Part shown: one piece after another, positions 6,826 through 16,591 of the stretch
Layout of the letters: every line of letters starts with the position of its first letter
Position numbering within the stretch: position 1 is the first letter of the stretch
IMG/VR virus record: IMGVR_UViG_3300037470_000258
Location: 1-31,008 of that record
Strand: one strand, 5' to 3'
Length of the DNA stretch: 31,008 bases
From: a virus
Taxonomy: Duplodnaviria; Caudoviricetes
Program-made: the position numbers and the translations under genes
The notes under the pieces: model-generated
Told to the model about the DNA's origin: nothing
Databases searched by the model: none
What the model saw: the letters and a program-made list of their open reading frames with translations, nothing else

Positions 6826-9800
6826 GTGGGTAGTCAGGCGTGGCCTTCGGTACAACTCGAAAACCAGGTGTGGGCCGAATGGGAAAACCGGCTGCTACGC
6901 CAACAGGCCCTCCAAGCGACGGTGACACGCAACCAGGCGGTAACCGCTGTCGCATTGCACGACGCCTACCCGTGGCTCGATCCCGGGGTTGTCCAGTCGT
7001 TGACTCAGGCCGGGCAGGGCCCCGAATCGCCCACCGCCCAACTACTAGCCCAACAGTCCGTGTTGATCGACATCGAAGACGACGCATTCAGCGAACCGGC
7101 GTCACAGGTGCCCGACAACCAGTTCGACTCGTTGTGGGACGGGATCGCTTCGAACGTCGGGCGGGGTTTGCTCAATTTGAGTAGGGGCACAATCGCGGTT
7201 CTCGCCGCACCGTTCGAAGAGGTGTTTGAACGGGTCGTCCCCTCAGTGTTCGCCGCCGACCTGGCCACCGACCCGCTTTTCGGACGCGGCGAAATCGGCG
7301 ACAACATCGTTGCCGATGTGGCGGAAGTTCCCAGCAGTATCGCGTCGTCCATGTCGAAACTACTACGAGGCGAGTTCTGGGGTTCGTTCTGGGATAACCT
7401 GACCACCAAAGCCGCACCGTCGACTCTCGCTTTGGCGATCTCTGATATCGCCGACCCGAACCGTTCGCCCATGCTGTTCGGCTTCGACAAGGAGAGGGGC
7501 CAAGGGCTCCTCGCCAATTTCGAACGCCGCCAGCAGTACCGGAACCGTATCCAAATCCCCGGTGTGCTTCCCACCGCGGAAGACCCGTGGGCGAACACGG
7601 CGACCATCGGCCGGATTGTCGCACGGGACGTCACAGAACCGGGATCTGATCCTTACAAGCTGCTGAGCGGGGCGGCGGACTTCTTCGCGAACATCCGCAC
7701 ACCCGTTGGCATCGTCAAGAAAGGCACGGTCGGAGGACTCCGGGTGGCCACCGGCACCGCTAACCGTGCTCAGGTCATCGCCGCAGGCGGACGCGTCGGG
7801 CTGTTACCAGGGGTGAAGAAGGCTGTCGACCTGGACGACGCGGTCAACGGGTTCTTGAACAAGCCTGTCGCCCAGAAGATGAACCAGTGGTTCGCCAACG
7901 AAACGGACTTCCTGAAGGTTTGGGAGCGGGTCGGCAAAAACCGGGTGGTCGCCCGCGAACTTGTCGAAGCGGACACCCCCGAAAAAGTTGCGGACGTGTT
8001 CGGACGCCACCTCGGCACCACCCTCAGAGAAGTTCCCACTGCCGGACCAGTCAGCCAGCGGTTCGGACTGGTTTCGGGCGGGAGCTACGGCGAAATTTTC
8101 GGTACTGGCGCAACCATCAGACGGTCACTGTCGAACCTGCGGTGGACCCACGAAAAGCCGGTCCGACCGTTAAACCCGCACAACATGGACGACGCAGCCC
8201 GCACCGTCCACGATTTCGGACGTAACGCCCAGTTGGGCGACGACCGCATATCCCACTACCTGTCACGGATCGGGGATTTGGACGACGGCGACGCCACCGA
8301 CCTGTACCGGGTGGCCACCGACCTGTTCGCCGAAACCGCCGAAACCCTGGTCAACCGCGGGTCCACCATCGGCTCGAGGCCGATGACCCGCCAACAAGCC
8401 CGCTCTCTCACCCGAGCGTTCGGCGACGACATCGACGAAACCCGCAAGTTTTTCATCGACGCCGCCGGCCAGAACGCCGACCTGGCTCCGGCAAGGAACA
8501 TTATCAACGGGGAAGTGCACGACCTGAAACCGGTCGCCCACCTCCTGGCCGAACGACTGTCGAATTCGATCCCGTTGCCCGACGTGGCCGGCATCAAACG
8601 TGCCGCCTCGTTCTACAACCGGGTGTGGGATATTCCCGGTGTTGAAGGCTCCGTGGCGTTAGCCGACTTCGTACTGGGCACGACATGGAAATCGCTCCAA
8701 CTTGTCACAAGACTGGCCTACCCGGTCAGGGTTATCGGCGAAGAACAAGTCCGCCTAGCCGGGGTGGGGATGAACTCTGCGTTCAGACATCCAGTCGACT
8801 ACCTGTCGTGGGTGGTCGGCACATCGGGGTCGGGACCCATTTCGCGTGCGTTGAAGAAAGGACTCGGCGAACAAGGGTCCCGGTCGGCGTTGGGTGACGT
8901 GTTCACCGAAATAGACGAATTCAAATCCGCCATGTCAAGAGGGTCGAGTGTTGTCGCCGGAGGCCAGGCTGTGCCAAGTTTCACCGGCAAATTCATCAGG
9001 GTCCAAAAAAACCACGAGCGGTACTTCGATGGTGCAGCAACCGAACTGGGCCAGCTCGCCTCCGACCCAGTAGCACAACGAGTCGCGGGAGGGCTACAAC
9101 CGGGTGACGCGAGAAGCATCGGCATGTCGCTGGACGACCCTAACGCCCAGACGGTCGACGCGATCAAAGAATGGTTCTGGTCGGGTACCGGTTCGAGGTT
9201 CCGTAAAGAACTCTCCGAAGACCCGAACTGGCAGCGGCTCCGCACCGGAACCGCGGAAACGACAGCACGGCAGGAAGCCGACGCCTACATAGAATCCGTA
9301 GCCGAACGGGTCAACATCAAAACCGGGCAGCACCCCGACCTTGTCGACGCCATCGCCACCGGCAAACTCGGCGATATCCGTATTCGTGGCGGAGGGTCGC
9401 TCCGTCAAGAGAAAAAGTTCCGTACCGCGTTAGAAGACTACGAGGGTTCCCTCCCCGAATTCGTCAAAGTTGAAGACGTCGCGGTCGACCGGTCGCGGTC
9501 AGGGAAAGCTATCGCCACCTGGGATCGGGCCACCGACAGAATGTTCAACTCGCTTATGAGCGTCCCCACCAACAGCCTGTCCCGTTCCCCCCACTTCCGG
9601 CAGGCGTACTGGACTCGGATGGAAGAACTTTTAGGCTACGCAGACCGTCCCACCCAGGAAGCCATCCTGAAAGCCGCGAAGAACGCCGGACTGAAACGAG
9701 ACCGTTTGCAGGGGATGGGGAGGATTGTTAACCGGACGGAAGGCACCAAACTCGCCAACATCGAAGACGCCGACGTGATCGCCCGTGCCCACGCCCTCGA

Positions 9801-11415
9801 CGCGACCAGAGACACCCTCTACGACCTCTCAAAGAGAAACCAGTTCTTCGACAGTTTCCGCCTGGTTTTCCCGTTCGGTGAAGCGTGGAAAGAGATTTTT
9901 ACTGCGTGGACACGGATCATCGGACAGAACCCGAAAATGCTCCGCAGGTTCCAACAGGGCATCCAAGGCGGGTTAGGCCCAGGTTTCGGCGGGCTCACCT
10001 CCGAATATTTGGGTACCGGGAGCCTGCCGGGGCAAGGGTTCTTCCATGAGGATGCTAATGGGGAGATGGTGTTCAACTACCCCGGGTCTGTTCTAGCATC
10101 CAAATACTTGTTGGGTGAAGGCCACCCGCTCAATCCGTTACGTGGTGTGGGTGAGGAACAGGACGCCCAAGTGGCGTTCACGGGTTCTCTGTCGGGACTC
10201 AACCTGTTTACGGCGACGATCCTTCCCGGTGTCGGCCCGGCCGTCCAACTTCCTGTTGCAGCCTTCACCGAAATCATGAACGTCGAAGTCCCCGAAACCC
10301 TCCACAACATTCTGTTCCCGTTCGGTGAGCCCCCCATCGAAGAGGGGATTGGTACAGCCCTATGGGAGGCGTACACACCGGCGTGGGGGAACAAGGTCAC
10401 AACCGCGATGTTCGGCGACCCCGATTCGACCCGACTGCTCGGCAACTCGGTGATGGACGTGATGCGTGCCCTCGTCCAGTCGGGAGAACACAACACCAAC
10501 TCGCCCGAAGCGGTAGACGAACTCTACGACGCAGCCACCGAACGCGCCCGACTCCTGTTCCTGATAAGAGGACTCGCCCAATCGACAGTTCCGACAGGGC
10601 CGGGAGTCGAATGGTCCACCGCAGACGTTCAAGGGAACCTGGTTCCTTTACAGTGGATGGTCGACGAATACTTCCAACTTCTCGACTCGCACGGCGACCA
10701 GGCGGTAGACGAATTCCTCCGCAGGTTCGGCACCGAAAACCTTCTCGCCTTACAAGGTAAAACCCGTGAGTTGGTACCCCGTCCGCTGAGCGAGGAGGGT
10801 GCAGACTGGATCGACGCCCATTCCGAACTGGAACGCAAATACCCTCTTTCGGTCGGACTGTTAGCCCCCGACCCCGTAAATGGAGTGTTCGACTACAACG
10901 CCTATTTGGAAACGATCCGGGAAGGCACACGACAGTCGTTAACCCCGAGAGAAATGGTGGCCCTGTCCAACCAGTTCAAAGGGCGTGTCGCCTGGGAACA
11001 TTTGAAATCTCAGGTTGCGGGCCGCACAGACGCCCAAGCCGCCCTGTGGCTGGCCGGGGCACGTCAACAACTGGCCGAAGACTACCCGGGTTTCGACGGG
11101 TACATACCGCTCAAACCCCGCCCCCAAGTGGAAGACCACATCGCCGAACTCGAACGCCTTGTCACCGACCCCGACGTTCAGGATCTTCCCGCCACCCCAG
11201 GTATCCGACTGTACCTCGAAGCCAGGTCCGCCGCTCAGCAGATGGTCGACAACAACTCGGGACGGTTGAAAGGGTCGAAAGGGTTCACCAGTTCCGACTC
11301 GACAGTGTGGCTTAGGGACTGGCTGCGTGCAGCCGCCGAAGAAATCACCAACGTACACCCCGAATTCGCTCCGGTCTGGACCGAAGTTTTCTCACGCGAA
11401 CTGAAGGAGGACTAA
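6826..11415 (+). CDS. Large internal virion (ejection-type) protein, about 1529 aa
   Basis: GTG 6826 after SD GGAGGT. Largely helical, with C-terminal FPFGEAWKE...W and LPG.GP..Q.P...ILFPFG motifs as in large podoviral internal proteins. No tape-measure repeats. Confidence 0.7.
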   Translation: MGSQAWPSVQLENQVWAEWENRLLRQQALQATVTRNQAVTAVALHDAYPWLDPGVVQSLTQAGQGPESPTAQLLAQQSVLIDIEDDAFSEPASQVPDNQFDSLWDGIASNVGRGLLNLSRGTIAVLAAPFEEVFERVVPSVFAADLATDPLFGRGEIGDNIVADVAEVPSSIASSMSKLLRGEFWGSFWDNLTTKAAPSTLALAISDIADPNRSPMLFGFDKERGQGLLANFERRQQYRNRIQIPGVLPTAEDPWANTATIGRIVARDVTEPGSDPYKLLSGAADFFANIRTPVGIVKKGTVGGLRVATGTANRAQVIAAGGRVGLLPGVKKAVDLDDAVNGFLNKPVAQKMNQWFANETDFLKVWERVGKNRVVARELVEADTPEKVADVFGRHLGTTLREVPTAGPVSQRFGLVSGGSYGEIFGTGATIRRSLSNLRWTHEKPVRPLNPHNMDDAARTVHDFGRNAQLGDDRISHYLSRIGDLDDGDATDLYRVATDLFAETAETLVNRGSTIGSRPMTRQQARSLTRAFGDDIDETRKFFIDAAGQNADLAPARNIINGEVHDLKPVAHLLAERLSNSIPLPDVAGIKRAASFYNRVWDIPGVEGSVALADFVLGTTWKSLQLVTRLAYPVRVIGEEQVRLAGVGMNSAFRHPVDYLSWVVGTSGSGPISRALKKGLGEQGSRSALGDVFTEIDEFKSAMSRGSSVVAGGQAVPSFTGKFIRVQKNHERYFDGAATELGQLASDPVAQRVAGGLQPGDARSIGMSLDDPNAQTVDAIKEWFWSGTGSRFRKELSEDPNWQRLRTGTAETTARQEADAYIESVAERVNIKTGQHPDLVDAIATGKLGDIRIRGGGSLRQEKKFRTALEDYEGSLPEFVKVEDVAVDRSRSGKAIATWDRATDRMFNSLMSVPTNSLSRSPHFRQAYWTRMEELLGYADRPTQEAILKAAKNAGLKRDRLQGMGRIVNRTEGTKLANIEDADVIARAHALDATRDTLYDLSKRNQFFDSFRLVFPFGEAWKEIFTAWTRIIGQNPKMLRRFQQGIQGGLGPGFGGLTSEYLGTGSLPGQGFFHEDANGEMVFNYPGSVLASKYLLGEGHPLNPLRGVGEEQDAQVAFTGSLSGLNLFTATILPGVGPAVQLPVAAFTEIMNVEVPETLHNILFPFGEPPIEEGIGTALWEAYTPAWGNKVTTAMFGDPDSTRLLGNSVMDVMRALVQSGEHNTNSPEAVDELYDAATERARLLFLIRGLAQSTVPTGPGVEWSTADVQGNLVPLQWMVDEYFQLLDSHGDQAVDEFLRRFGTENLLALQGKTRELVPRPLSEEGADWIDAHSELERKYPLSVGLLAPDPVNGVFDYNAYLETIREGTRQSLTPREMVALSNQFKGRVAWEHLKSQVAGRTDAQAALWLAGARQQLAEDYPGFDGYIPLKPRPQVEDHIAELERLVTDPDVQDLPATPGIRLYLEARSAAQQMVDNNSGRLKGSKGFTSSDSTVWLRDWLRAAAEEITNVHPEFAPVWTEVFSRELKED

Positions 11416-12513
11416 ATGGCTGATATGACAGTCGCACAAGCCGGGCAACTCCTCGCCGGCGACCCCTCCCAGGAGGAGTTGTTCGCTGCGATGCTCACCC
11501 TCTACGAACTCGACCAGGTGACGTATGCGGCCCATCTGGGTCCGGCTGCGGAACTCCTGTCGGAACAGTCCGGCCAGACCGTGACAGCCGACCAGGTGAA
11601 CCAGGTTGTCCGCGGACTCACCGAACAGACGGCTTCTGAGGGTGGGCTCACTGTGGAGGGGCTCAGCGAACTCGCCGGACTTCCCCCTCCCCCACCCGGC
11701 GAAGAGGGAGTTGGGCAGGCTCCTCCGATAGGTGTGCCCGAAGGGTTCACCATACCCCGCGAAGATCAGGCTGCGTCCGACCGGGCGTTCCGCCGTGCAC
11801 AAGGCGTACCGGACCAGATCGAACCCCGGTACCGGGCCGGAGACGAATGGGACCCGTCACGCCTTTCCCCCGTCGAAATCCGGCGGCGGCAGAAACAACT
11901 AGAGAAATCCGGGTTGCTCGAACCCGGGTATACGCCAGGGTTCTGGGATAAGGCCTCCGCAGACGCCCTTTTCCTGGCGATGGGCTACGCCAACATTCAA
12001 GGCGGCCAGGTTGAAAACATCATTTCGGAGTTGGAACAGTTACGTCCTTCCGACCGCGACAAGCTCAAAAAGTTCGTTCCGCCCCCGGAGGTGAAACATG
12101 ACCCGGCTGCGATAGCGCAACGGGTCAAACGGGAGTTCCGTTCCCAACTCGGAAGAGAACCCACCGACGGGGAGATGGCCGGGTTCGCCGGTTACCTACG
12201 AGGCCAGTATGCGGCAGCCCATGACGCGTTGGTAGCACAGGAGCGGGCTATCTTCGACGTCGATCAAATCGAAGGTCCACCGGAGGATGAAGCCGCGTCG
12301 GATAGGGCGCTCAGACGAGTTCAAGGACTTCCCGATGCGGCCGACCGAACCGTGGGTCCGTTCACCGACGTCGACCCCGACGCCCGGTTCCGGGAACGGT
12401 TCGAAGCCAGGTTCGGCCCTGAAATCGACAGGCTTGCTGCTCTACCGGAAACACGAGAGAACATGAACAACGTGTTCTCGAGCTTGAAAACGATGGGGAG
12501 CCTGGTCGGATGA
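11416..12513 (+). CDS. Virion protein with a peptidoglycan-binding-like segment
   Basis: IRRRQKQLEKSGLL....TPGFWDKASADAL resembles PG_binding_1. LGREPT motif. An 18-aa segment occurs twice. Confidence 0.6.
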   Translation: MADMTVAQAGQLLAGDPSQEELFAAMLTLYELDQVTYAAHLGPAAELLSEQSGQTVTADQVNQVVRGLTEQTASEGGLTVEGLSELAGLPPPPPGEEGVGQAPPIGVPEGFTIPREDQAASDRAFRRAQGVPDQIEPRYRAGDEWDPSRLSPVEIRRRQKQLEKSGLLEPGYTPGFWDKASADALFLAMGYANIQGGQVENIISELEQLRPSDRDKLKKFVPPPEVKHDPAAIAQRVKREFRSQLGREPTDGEMAGFAGYLRGQYAAAHDALVAQERAIFDVDQIEGPPEDEAASDRALRRVQGLPDAADRTVGPFTDVDPDARFRERFEARFGPEIDRLAALPETRENMNNVFSSLKTMGSLVG

Positions 12514-13313
12514 GCTCTCGACCTCCCGGGGAAGAGAACCCGATCCGTAACCAGTTAACCCAACTCTACGATGTGCTGTCCCACAAGATTGCTGGTGGGC
12601 AACGATCCGACCACCGCGACCTGCTGCCGGGTGCGGACGACCCGTTGGAGGGGTTGATCCCCGAAGAGTTCCGCGACCAGCTAACAGAGTTGGACTGGTA
12701 CACACCCACCGACTGGGCCGGACTCGGAGCGGAAGACGCACTACGGGCTGATCTGACGCAGATTCCCGAACCCGGCGGGAAAGTCGTGGACGGGAAAGGC
12801 TCGGACTTTTTCCGCACGGGGGAAGCACCCGACAATTTCACGAACCGTCACAACCCCCTTTACAAGGCTAGGTCGGAGTTCGCCTCCCAGGTCGCACCGA
12901 AACTTAACGAACTGTTCGGTGTGACAGGCAACGCAGGGCATTACAGGCAGCCGAAAGCGTCCGACAAGGCTCCTGGTGGGCCGTCGGCGAACTCGGATCA
13001 TTATTCGGCGGGTGCCGTCGACTTCTTCGGCACTACCGAACAGCTCGACGCACTACGGGATTACCTGGTGGACCAGCCGTGGGTTTCGTTCGTCCGTTGG
13101 CGCAGCGAATCTCACGGTGGGGAGTCGGGTACGGAGGAGGGGGCGCATGTGCACGCGTCGTTCGACTTGGGGTGGATCGCAAGAAACTACTTTGCGGGTC
13201 GTACCTCCCCCTCCCTCCCCAAAACCGCCCCCAGCAGGCCCTCCACCGCGCCTGTTGATGCGTCGGAGCCGGTTCAGGTATCAGACGACCCGTCCGCGAA
13301 CCGGGCGATCTGA
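12510..13313 (+). CDS. Virion-associated Zn peptidase (LAS/M15-like)
   Basis: YR...SDHYSAGAVDF (H-x6-D) and HVH motifs. ATGA overlap with the upstream gene. Confidence 0.72.
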   Translation: MSSRPPGEENPIRNQLTQLYDVLSHKIAGGQRSDHRDLLPGADDPLEGLIPEEFRDQLTELDWYTPTDWAGLGAEDALRADLTQIPEPGGKVVDGKGSDFFRTGEAPDNFTNRHNPLYKARSEFASQVAPKLNELFGVTGNAGHYRQPKASDKAPGGPSANSDHYSAGAVDFFGTTEQLDALRDYLVDQPWVSFVRWRSESHGGESGTEEGAHVHASFDLGWIARNYFAGRTSPSLPKTAPSRPSTAPVDASEPVQVSDDPSANRAI

Positions 13314-13322
13314 GGTGGTGTG

Positions 13323-14444
13323 ATGGCTCAAACCCTTAACCAGGTGCCGCCCGAACTCGACGTGTGGGATGTGGCCGGACAGCTCTACCTGGTCCGCCTG
13401 GTCCCCAACACCCAGCCTCCTATCCCTTTGGTGTGGAAACTGGCGGCAGGCGACAAAGAGGCGTTAGGTGTCAAAACGGTCGACCGCAAGTTCGGGAGTG
13501 TCGACGAGTTCTACAAGACCGGCCCCCTCCAGTCCGGCACCACTCGCGAACTGATCAACACGACTACCGACCCGTGGGAGCAGATCCAGTCGAACTACGA
13601 AACCGAAGTCAGGGTGAAACCGTGGTTGGGCGAAGACGAAATCCTTGCCCTCTGGCTCGGAGCGGCCCTCGAAGGCCGCAGCATCACGGAAGCGGAACTG
13701 CAAGGTACGGACTGGTGGCGCACCCACAGTGAAGGGGAACGCCAGTGGTTGAGTTTGAACGCTTCCGACCCGGCCACAGCAGACCAGTTGATAGCTGACA
13801 ACCGGACCCGCGTGGCGGACATGTTCAATTCTGCGGGAGTGGGCAACGCTACCGACGTGTTGGTTTCGAGGGTGGCGGACCTGTGGACTACCGGGGAGTG
13901 GAGCCAGATTTACGCCACCAACCAGATCAGGTTGCTCGCCGACCCGAACCTTTCAGGAACCCTGGACCCTATTCTGAGAGCTTTCAAGTCGGGGGTGGAC
14001 ACCACCAGGGAGGGGGAGGACGTGGTGAAAGACATGATCGGGACCTGGCTGGGTCCGGCGGCGTCGGAGAACTGGACGCAAACGAACATTGAGAAGTGGG
14101 CGGGGAGACTCCGCGAAGACCCCGACGCACGGTTGGAGCTCGAAGACGCTTTGCGCAAGCACCGCCTCGCCCTGTTCCCCGAGTATGAGAACGCGAACTT
14201 GACGTATGAGGATATTGCTGCGCCGTGGCGCGGGGTGTGGTCGAACGTGTGGGGGCAGGTCGCCGACGAAACCAACCCGTTGTTCTCGAAGATTGTCCGG
14301 CTGAACGACCGTGCCGCCGCCGAAGGCCTTCTTAGGAAGGAAGGGTTGAAACAGGGCAACCAGAACGTCGCCCAAAACGTTCTTTCTGATGTGGGTTCGG
14401 CGTTCGGTGGGCAAGTCCGCCGGGCAGATGCGGCGGTCCTCTAA
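13323..14444 (+). CDS. Internal virion protein
   Basis: SD GAGGTGG. Trp-rich helical protein within the ejection-type block. TAATG overlap with the next gene. Confidence 0.7.
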   Translation: MAQTLNQVPPELDVWDVAGQLYLVRLVPNTQPPIPLVWKLAAGDKEALGVKTVDRKFGSVDEFYKTGPLQSGTTRELINTTTDPWEQIQSNYETEVRVKPWLGEDEILALWLGAALEGRSITEAELQGTDWWRTHSEGERQWLSLNASDPATADQLIADNRTRVADMFNSAGVGNATDVLVSRVADLWTTGEWSQIYATNQIRLLADPNLSGTLDPILRAFKSGVDTTREGEDVVKDMIGTWLGPAASENWTQTNIEKWAGRLREDPDARLELEDALRKHRLALFPEYENANLTYEDIAAPWRGVWSNVWGQVADETNPLFSKIVRLNDRAAAEGLLRKEGLKQGNQNVAQNVLSDVGSAFGGQVRRADAAVL

Positions 14445-15736
14445 TGGCCTACACGGTTGTTAAAGGCGATACGCTCAACAAGATCGCTGCCTCTAACGGG
14501 ATGACCCTAAGCGAGCTGTTGGCGCTTAACCCCCAATTCCAGTCGAACCCCGACGCGATCTCACCCGGTCAGGTAGTCAACCTGGCATCCGACCAAACAA
14601 CGTCTCCTGATTCGTCGTCTTCTGGTTCGTCGTCGGAACCGTCCGACAACAACTGGCAGGCGGCCGCCGACAAGTACGAACAGGTTTTCGGGTATCGACC
14701 TGGCCGTAACAAACCCGTCGAGAAAATTCTTTCAGATGTCGGGATCATCGAACCCGAATGGTTGGAGGCAGTCACCGAATTCCAATCCCTGTACGGGGCG
14801 GTCCCCAAAGGGGAGTACTCGACAGACCTGATCCTGGCTTTCAACAAAAAGGCCACACCCACCCCGACACCCGACCCGTCACCCGACGTACCTTCCGCCA
14901 CCCCGGTGGACCCACCCGCACCGGTCGACTGGCAGGCAAGGGTTAAAGCCTTGTACCCGTGGCTACCCACCAACCTTGCCCAAATGTTCGCCGACGAATG
15001 GGCCACCTCCGGCGACGCACAACTGGCTTTGGCGACCGTCCGGGTGTCGAAGGAGTACGAAGCGGCGTTCCCCGGTATCAAACGGGCCGACGGAAGTTTG
15101 AGGATGAATGAGGCGGAATGGTTCTCCACCAGGGAAGCCTATTCCACCCTATTCCGGGAGTTCGGATTGAACGACACACTATTCCAGGACAGGTTCACCG
15201 AACTGATGGAAGGCCAGGTGAGCCCCCAGGAGCTTGCTGGACGTTTGGGCGGGGCGTTCGAAATGATTTCCAACAACATTCCCGAAGTCGCCGAAGCGTT
15301 CTCGAGCATTTACGGAACCAACGGCCAGGCCGCACTGTTCGCGTCGTTCATCGACCCCGACATCGGCCAAGCCATCCTCGACAGGAGGATTTCAGTAGCG
15401 CAAGTGGCCGGCGAAGGTTTGGCTCGAGGGTTCGACGTGGACGAAACGTTCGCAGGTCGGTTGGTTTCCGGTGGGGTGGATCAGGGTGTGGCCAGAAACT
15501 TTTTCGTCCAAGCCGAAGGCCAGTTGCAGACACTGGACGATCTGGCAAGGCGGCACCGCGACCCTGACGACAGTTTCGACCTGACCGAGTTCGCCGCGGC
15601 TAATGTGTTTGGGTCGGCGGAGCAGACTCGCCGCATTCGACGGTTGCTTCGTGCCGAAGCCAGCCTGTTTACCGATCAGTTGGGTTCTGTGGCTGTCGGC
15701 AATGAAGGCGCGCTCACTGGACTGTCAGCACGATAA
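14444..15736 (+). CDS. LysM-domain virion protein
   Basis: N-terminal [28 protein letters not shown]...I.PGQVVNL is a canonical LysM, followed by Ser- and Pro-rich linkers and a helical domain. Confidence 0.9.
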   Translation: MAYTVVKGDTLNKIAASNGMTLSELLALNPQFQSNPDAISPGQVVNLASDQTTSPDSSSSGSSSEPSDNNWQAAADKYEQVFGYRPGRNKPVEKILSDVGIIEPEWLEAVTEFQSLYGAVPKGEYSTDLILAFNKKATPTPTPDPSPDVPSATPVDPPAPVDWQARVKALYPWLPTNLAQMFADEWATSGDAQLALATVRVSKEYEAAFPGIKRADGSLRMNEAEWFSTREAYSTLFREFGLNDTLFQDRFTELMEGQVSPQELAGRLGGAFEMISNNIPEVAEAFSSIYGTNGQAALFASFIDPDIGQAILDRRISVAQVAGEGLARGFDVDETFAGRLVSGGVDQGVARNFFVQAEGQLQTLDDLARRHRDPDDSFDLTEFAAANVFGSAEQTRRIRRLLRAEASLFTDQLGSVAVGNEGALTGLSAR

Positions 15737-15737
15737 T

Positions 15738-15762
15738 GAACCCCGCCGAAGTAGCGGGGTTC
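15738..15762 (+). terminator. Stem-loop terminator after the LysM gene
   Basis: GAACCCCGC-cgaagta-GCGGGGTTC directly after the stop. Weak U-tract. Confidence 0.7.
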
Positions 15763-15791
15763 TGTCGCTCCCATCATGTAAAATGACGGGT

Positions 15792-16313
15792 GTGATTAGC
15801 GACAACAGCCAGAGTATCAGACACGGCACCACTGCGGGGTATAACCAGCACAGGCGAAAGAAGATTCCCGTCTGTGTCGAGTGCCGGGCGGCGCAGCAGT
15901 CGTACAGCCGGGCGTACTATGGGGCCAACCGGGAAGAACTCCTCGAGAAACAGCGAGCGTATCGCGCGGCCAACCCGGAAAAGATCGCCGAGGGGAATCG
16001 AGCGTATCGCGCGGCCAACCCGGAGAAGCTGCGGGCGTACTACGAGGCCAACCGCGAGAAGATGATCGAGAAGCAGAAGATCAGGAGGTTTGGGATTACT
16101 TCGGCTGAATACGACCAGATGGTCATGGCCCAATGCGGAACCTGCGGCATATGCGGAGAACCGGAAGCCCCGAAAACGCGCCTTTCTGTCGATCATGACC
16201 ACGACACGGGGAAACTGCGCGGCCTGCTTTGTGGCTCGTGCAATCGGGGGATTGGCCTTCTTCAAGATAGCCCGGAGCTGCTGAATCGGGCGTCCGCCTA
16301 TCTCACCGAGTAG
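15792..16313 (+). CDS. Endonuclease VII-family (HNH-like) homing-type endonuclease
   Basis: C-terminal CGIC...LSVDHDH.TG.LRGLLC..CNRGIG..QD.PELL..A..YL. N-terminal HGT..GY..H......C..C and AYRAANPEK repeats. TAAAAT (15779-15784) lies 7 nt before GTG 15792, suggesting a leaderless start; ATG 15783 is an alternative. Confidence 0.9.
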   Translation: MISDNSQSIRHGTTAGYNQHRRKKIPVCVECRAAQQSYSRAYYGANREELLEKQRAYRAANPEKIAEGNRAYRAANPEKLRAYYEANREKMIEKQKIRRFGITSAEYDQMVMAQCGTCGICGEPEAPKTRLSVDHDHDTGKLRGLLCGSCNRGIGLLQDSPELLNRASAYLTE

Positions 16314-16317
16314 GTAC

Positions 16318-16346
16318 TTGACAGCGTAAGGTGTACGTTGTAAGTT
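16318..16346 (+). promoter_or_regulatory. Promoter for the scaffold/capsid operon
   Basis: TTGACA (16318-16323), 17-nt spacer, TAAGTT (16341-16346). Confidence 0.8.
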
Positions 16347-16352
16347 AGTAGT

Positions 16353-16591
16353 TATCCGCCAGGGTTGGCGTCCTGGACGAGCCGGAAGCCCAAGCTCCAG
16401 AGGCAGGAACCTTCTTGTTCCGCCGCCTCGACCCTTGTGTGTTTGTCGTGCCTGGACGCGCCCGGCAAACCTCACCACCGCTTCACAGCCTGTGGTATCT
16501 CTTTTCTTTTGGCGTGTCCCGCGGTGCCCTCCGCCAGTAGGCACCTAATCCATTCGCAGGAATCTGGCGCAAAGCGAAAGGAAAAGAAGTC
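16353..16591 (+). ncRNA. Structured 5' leader or ncRNA upstream of the scaffold gene
   Basis: At least six hairpins in about 240 nt plus complementary loops CGCCAG 16532-16537 and CTGGCG 16564-16569 next to the SD. Confidence 0.55.

Noticed and set aside
6826-11415. Tape measure protein call for the largest ORF
   Set aside because: It lies upstream of the capsid gene, has no preceding tail-tube or chaperone frameshift genes and lacks periodic tape-measure repeats.
15900-16080. Direct repeats as a possible CRISPR or iteron array
   Set aside because: In-frame coding repeats of the endonuclease VII spacer helix with no unique spacers.
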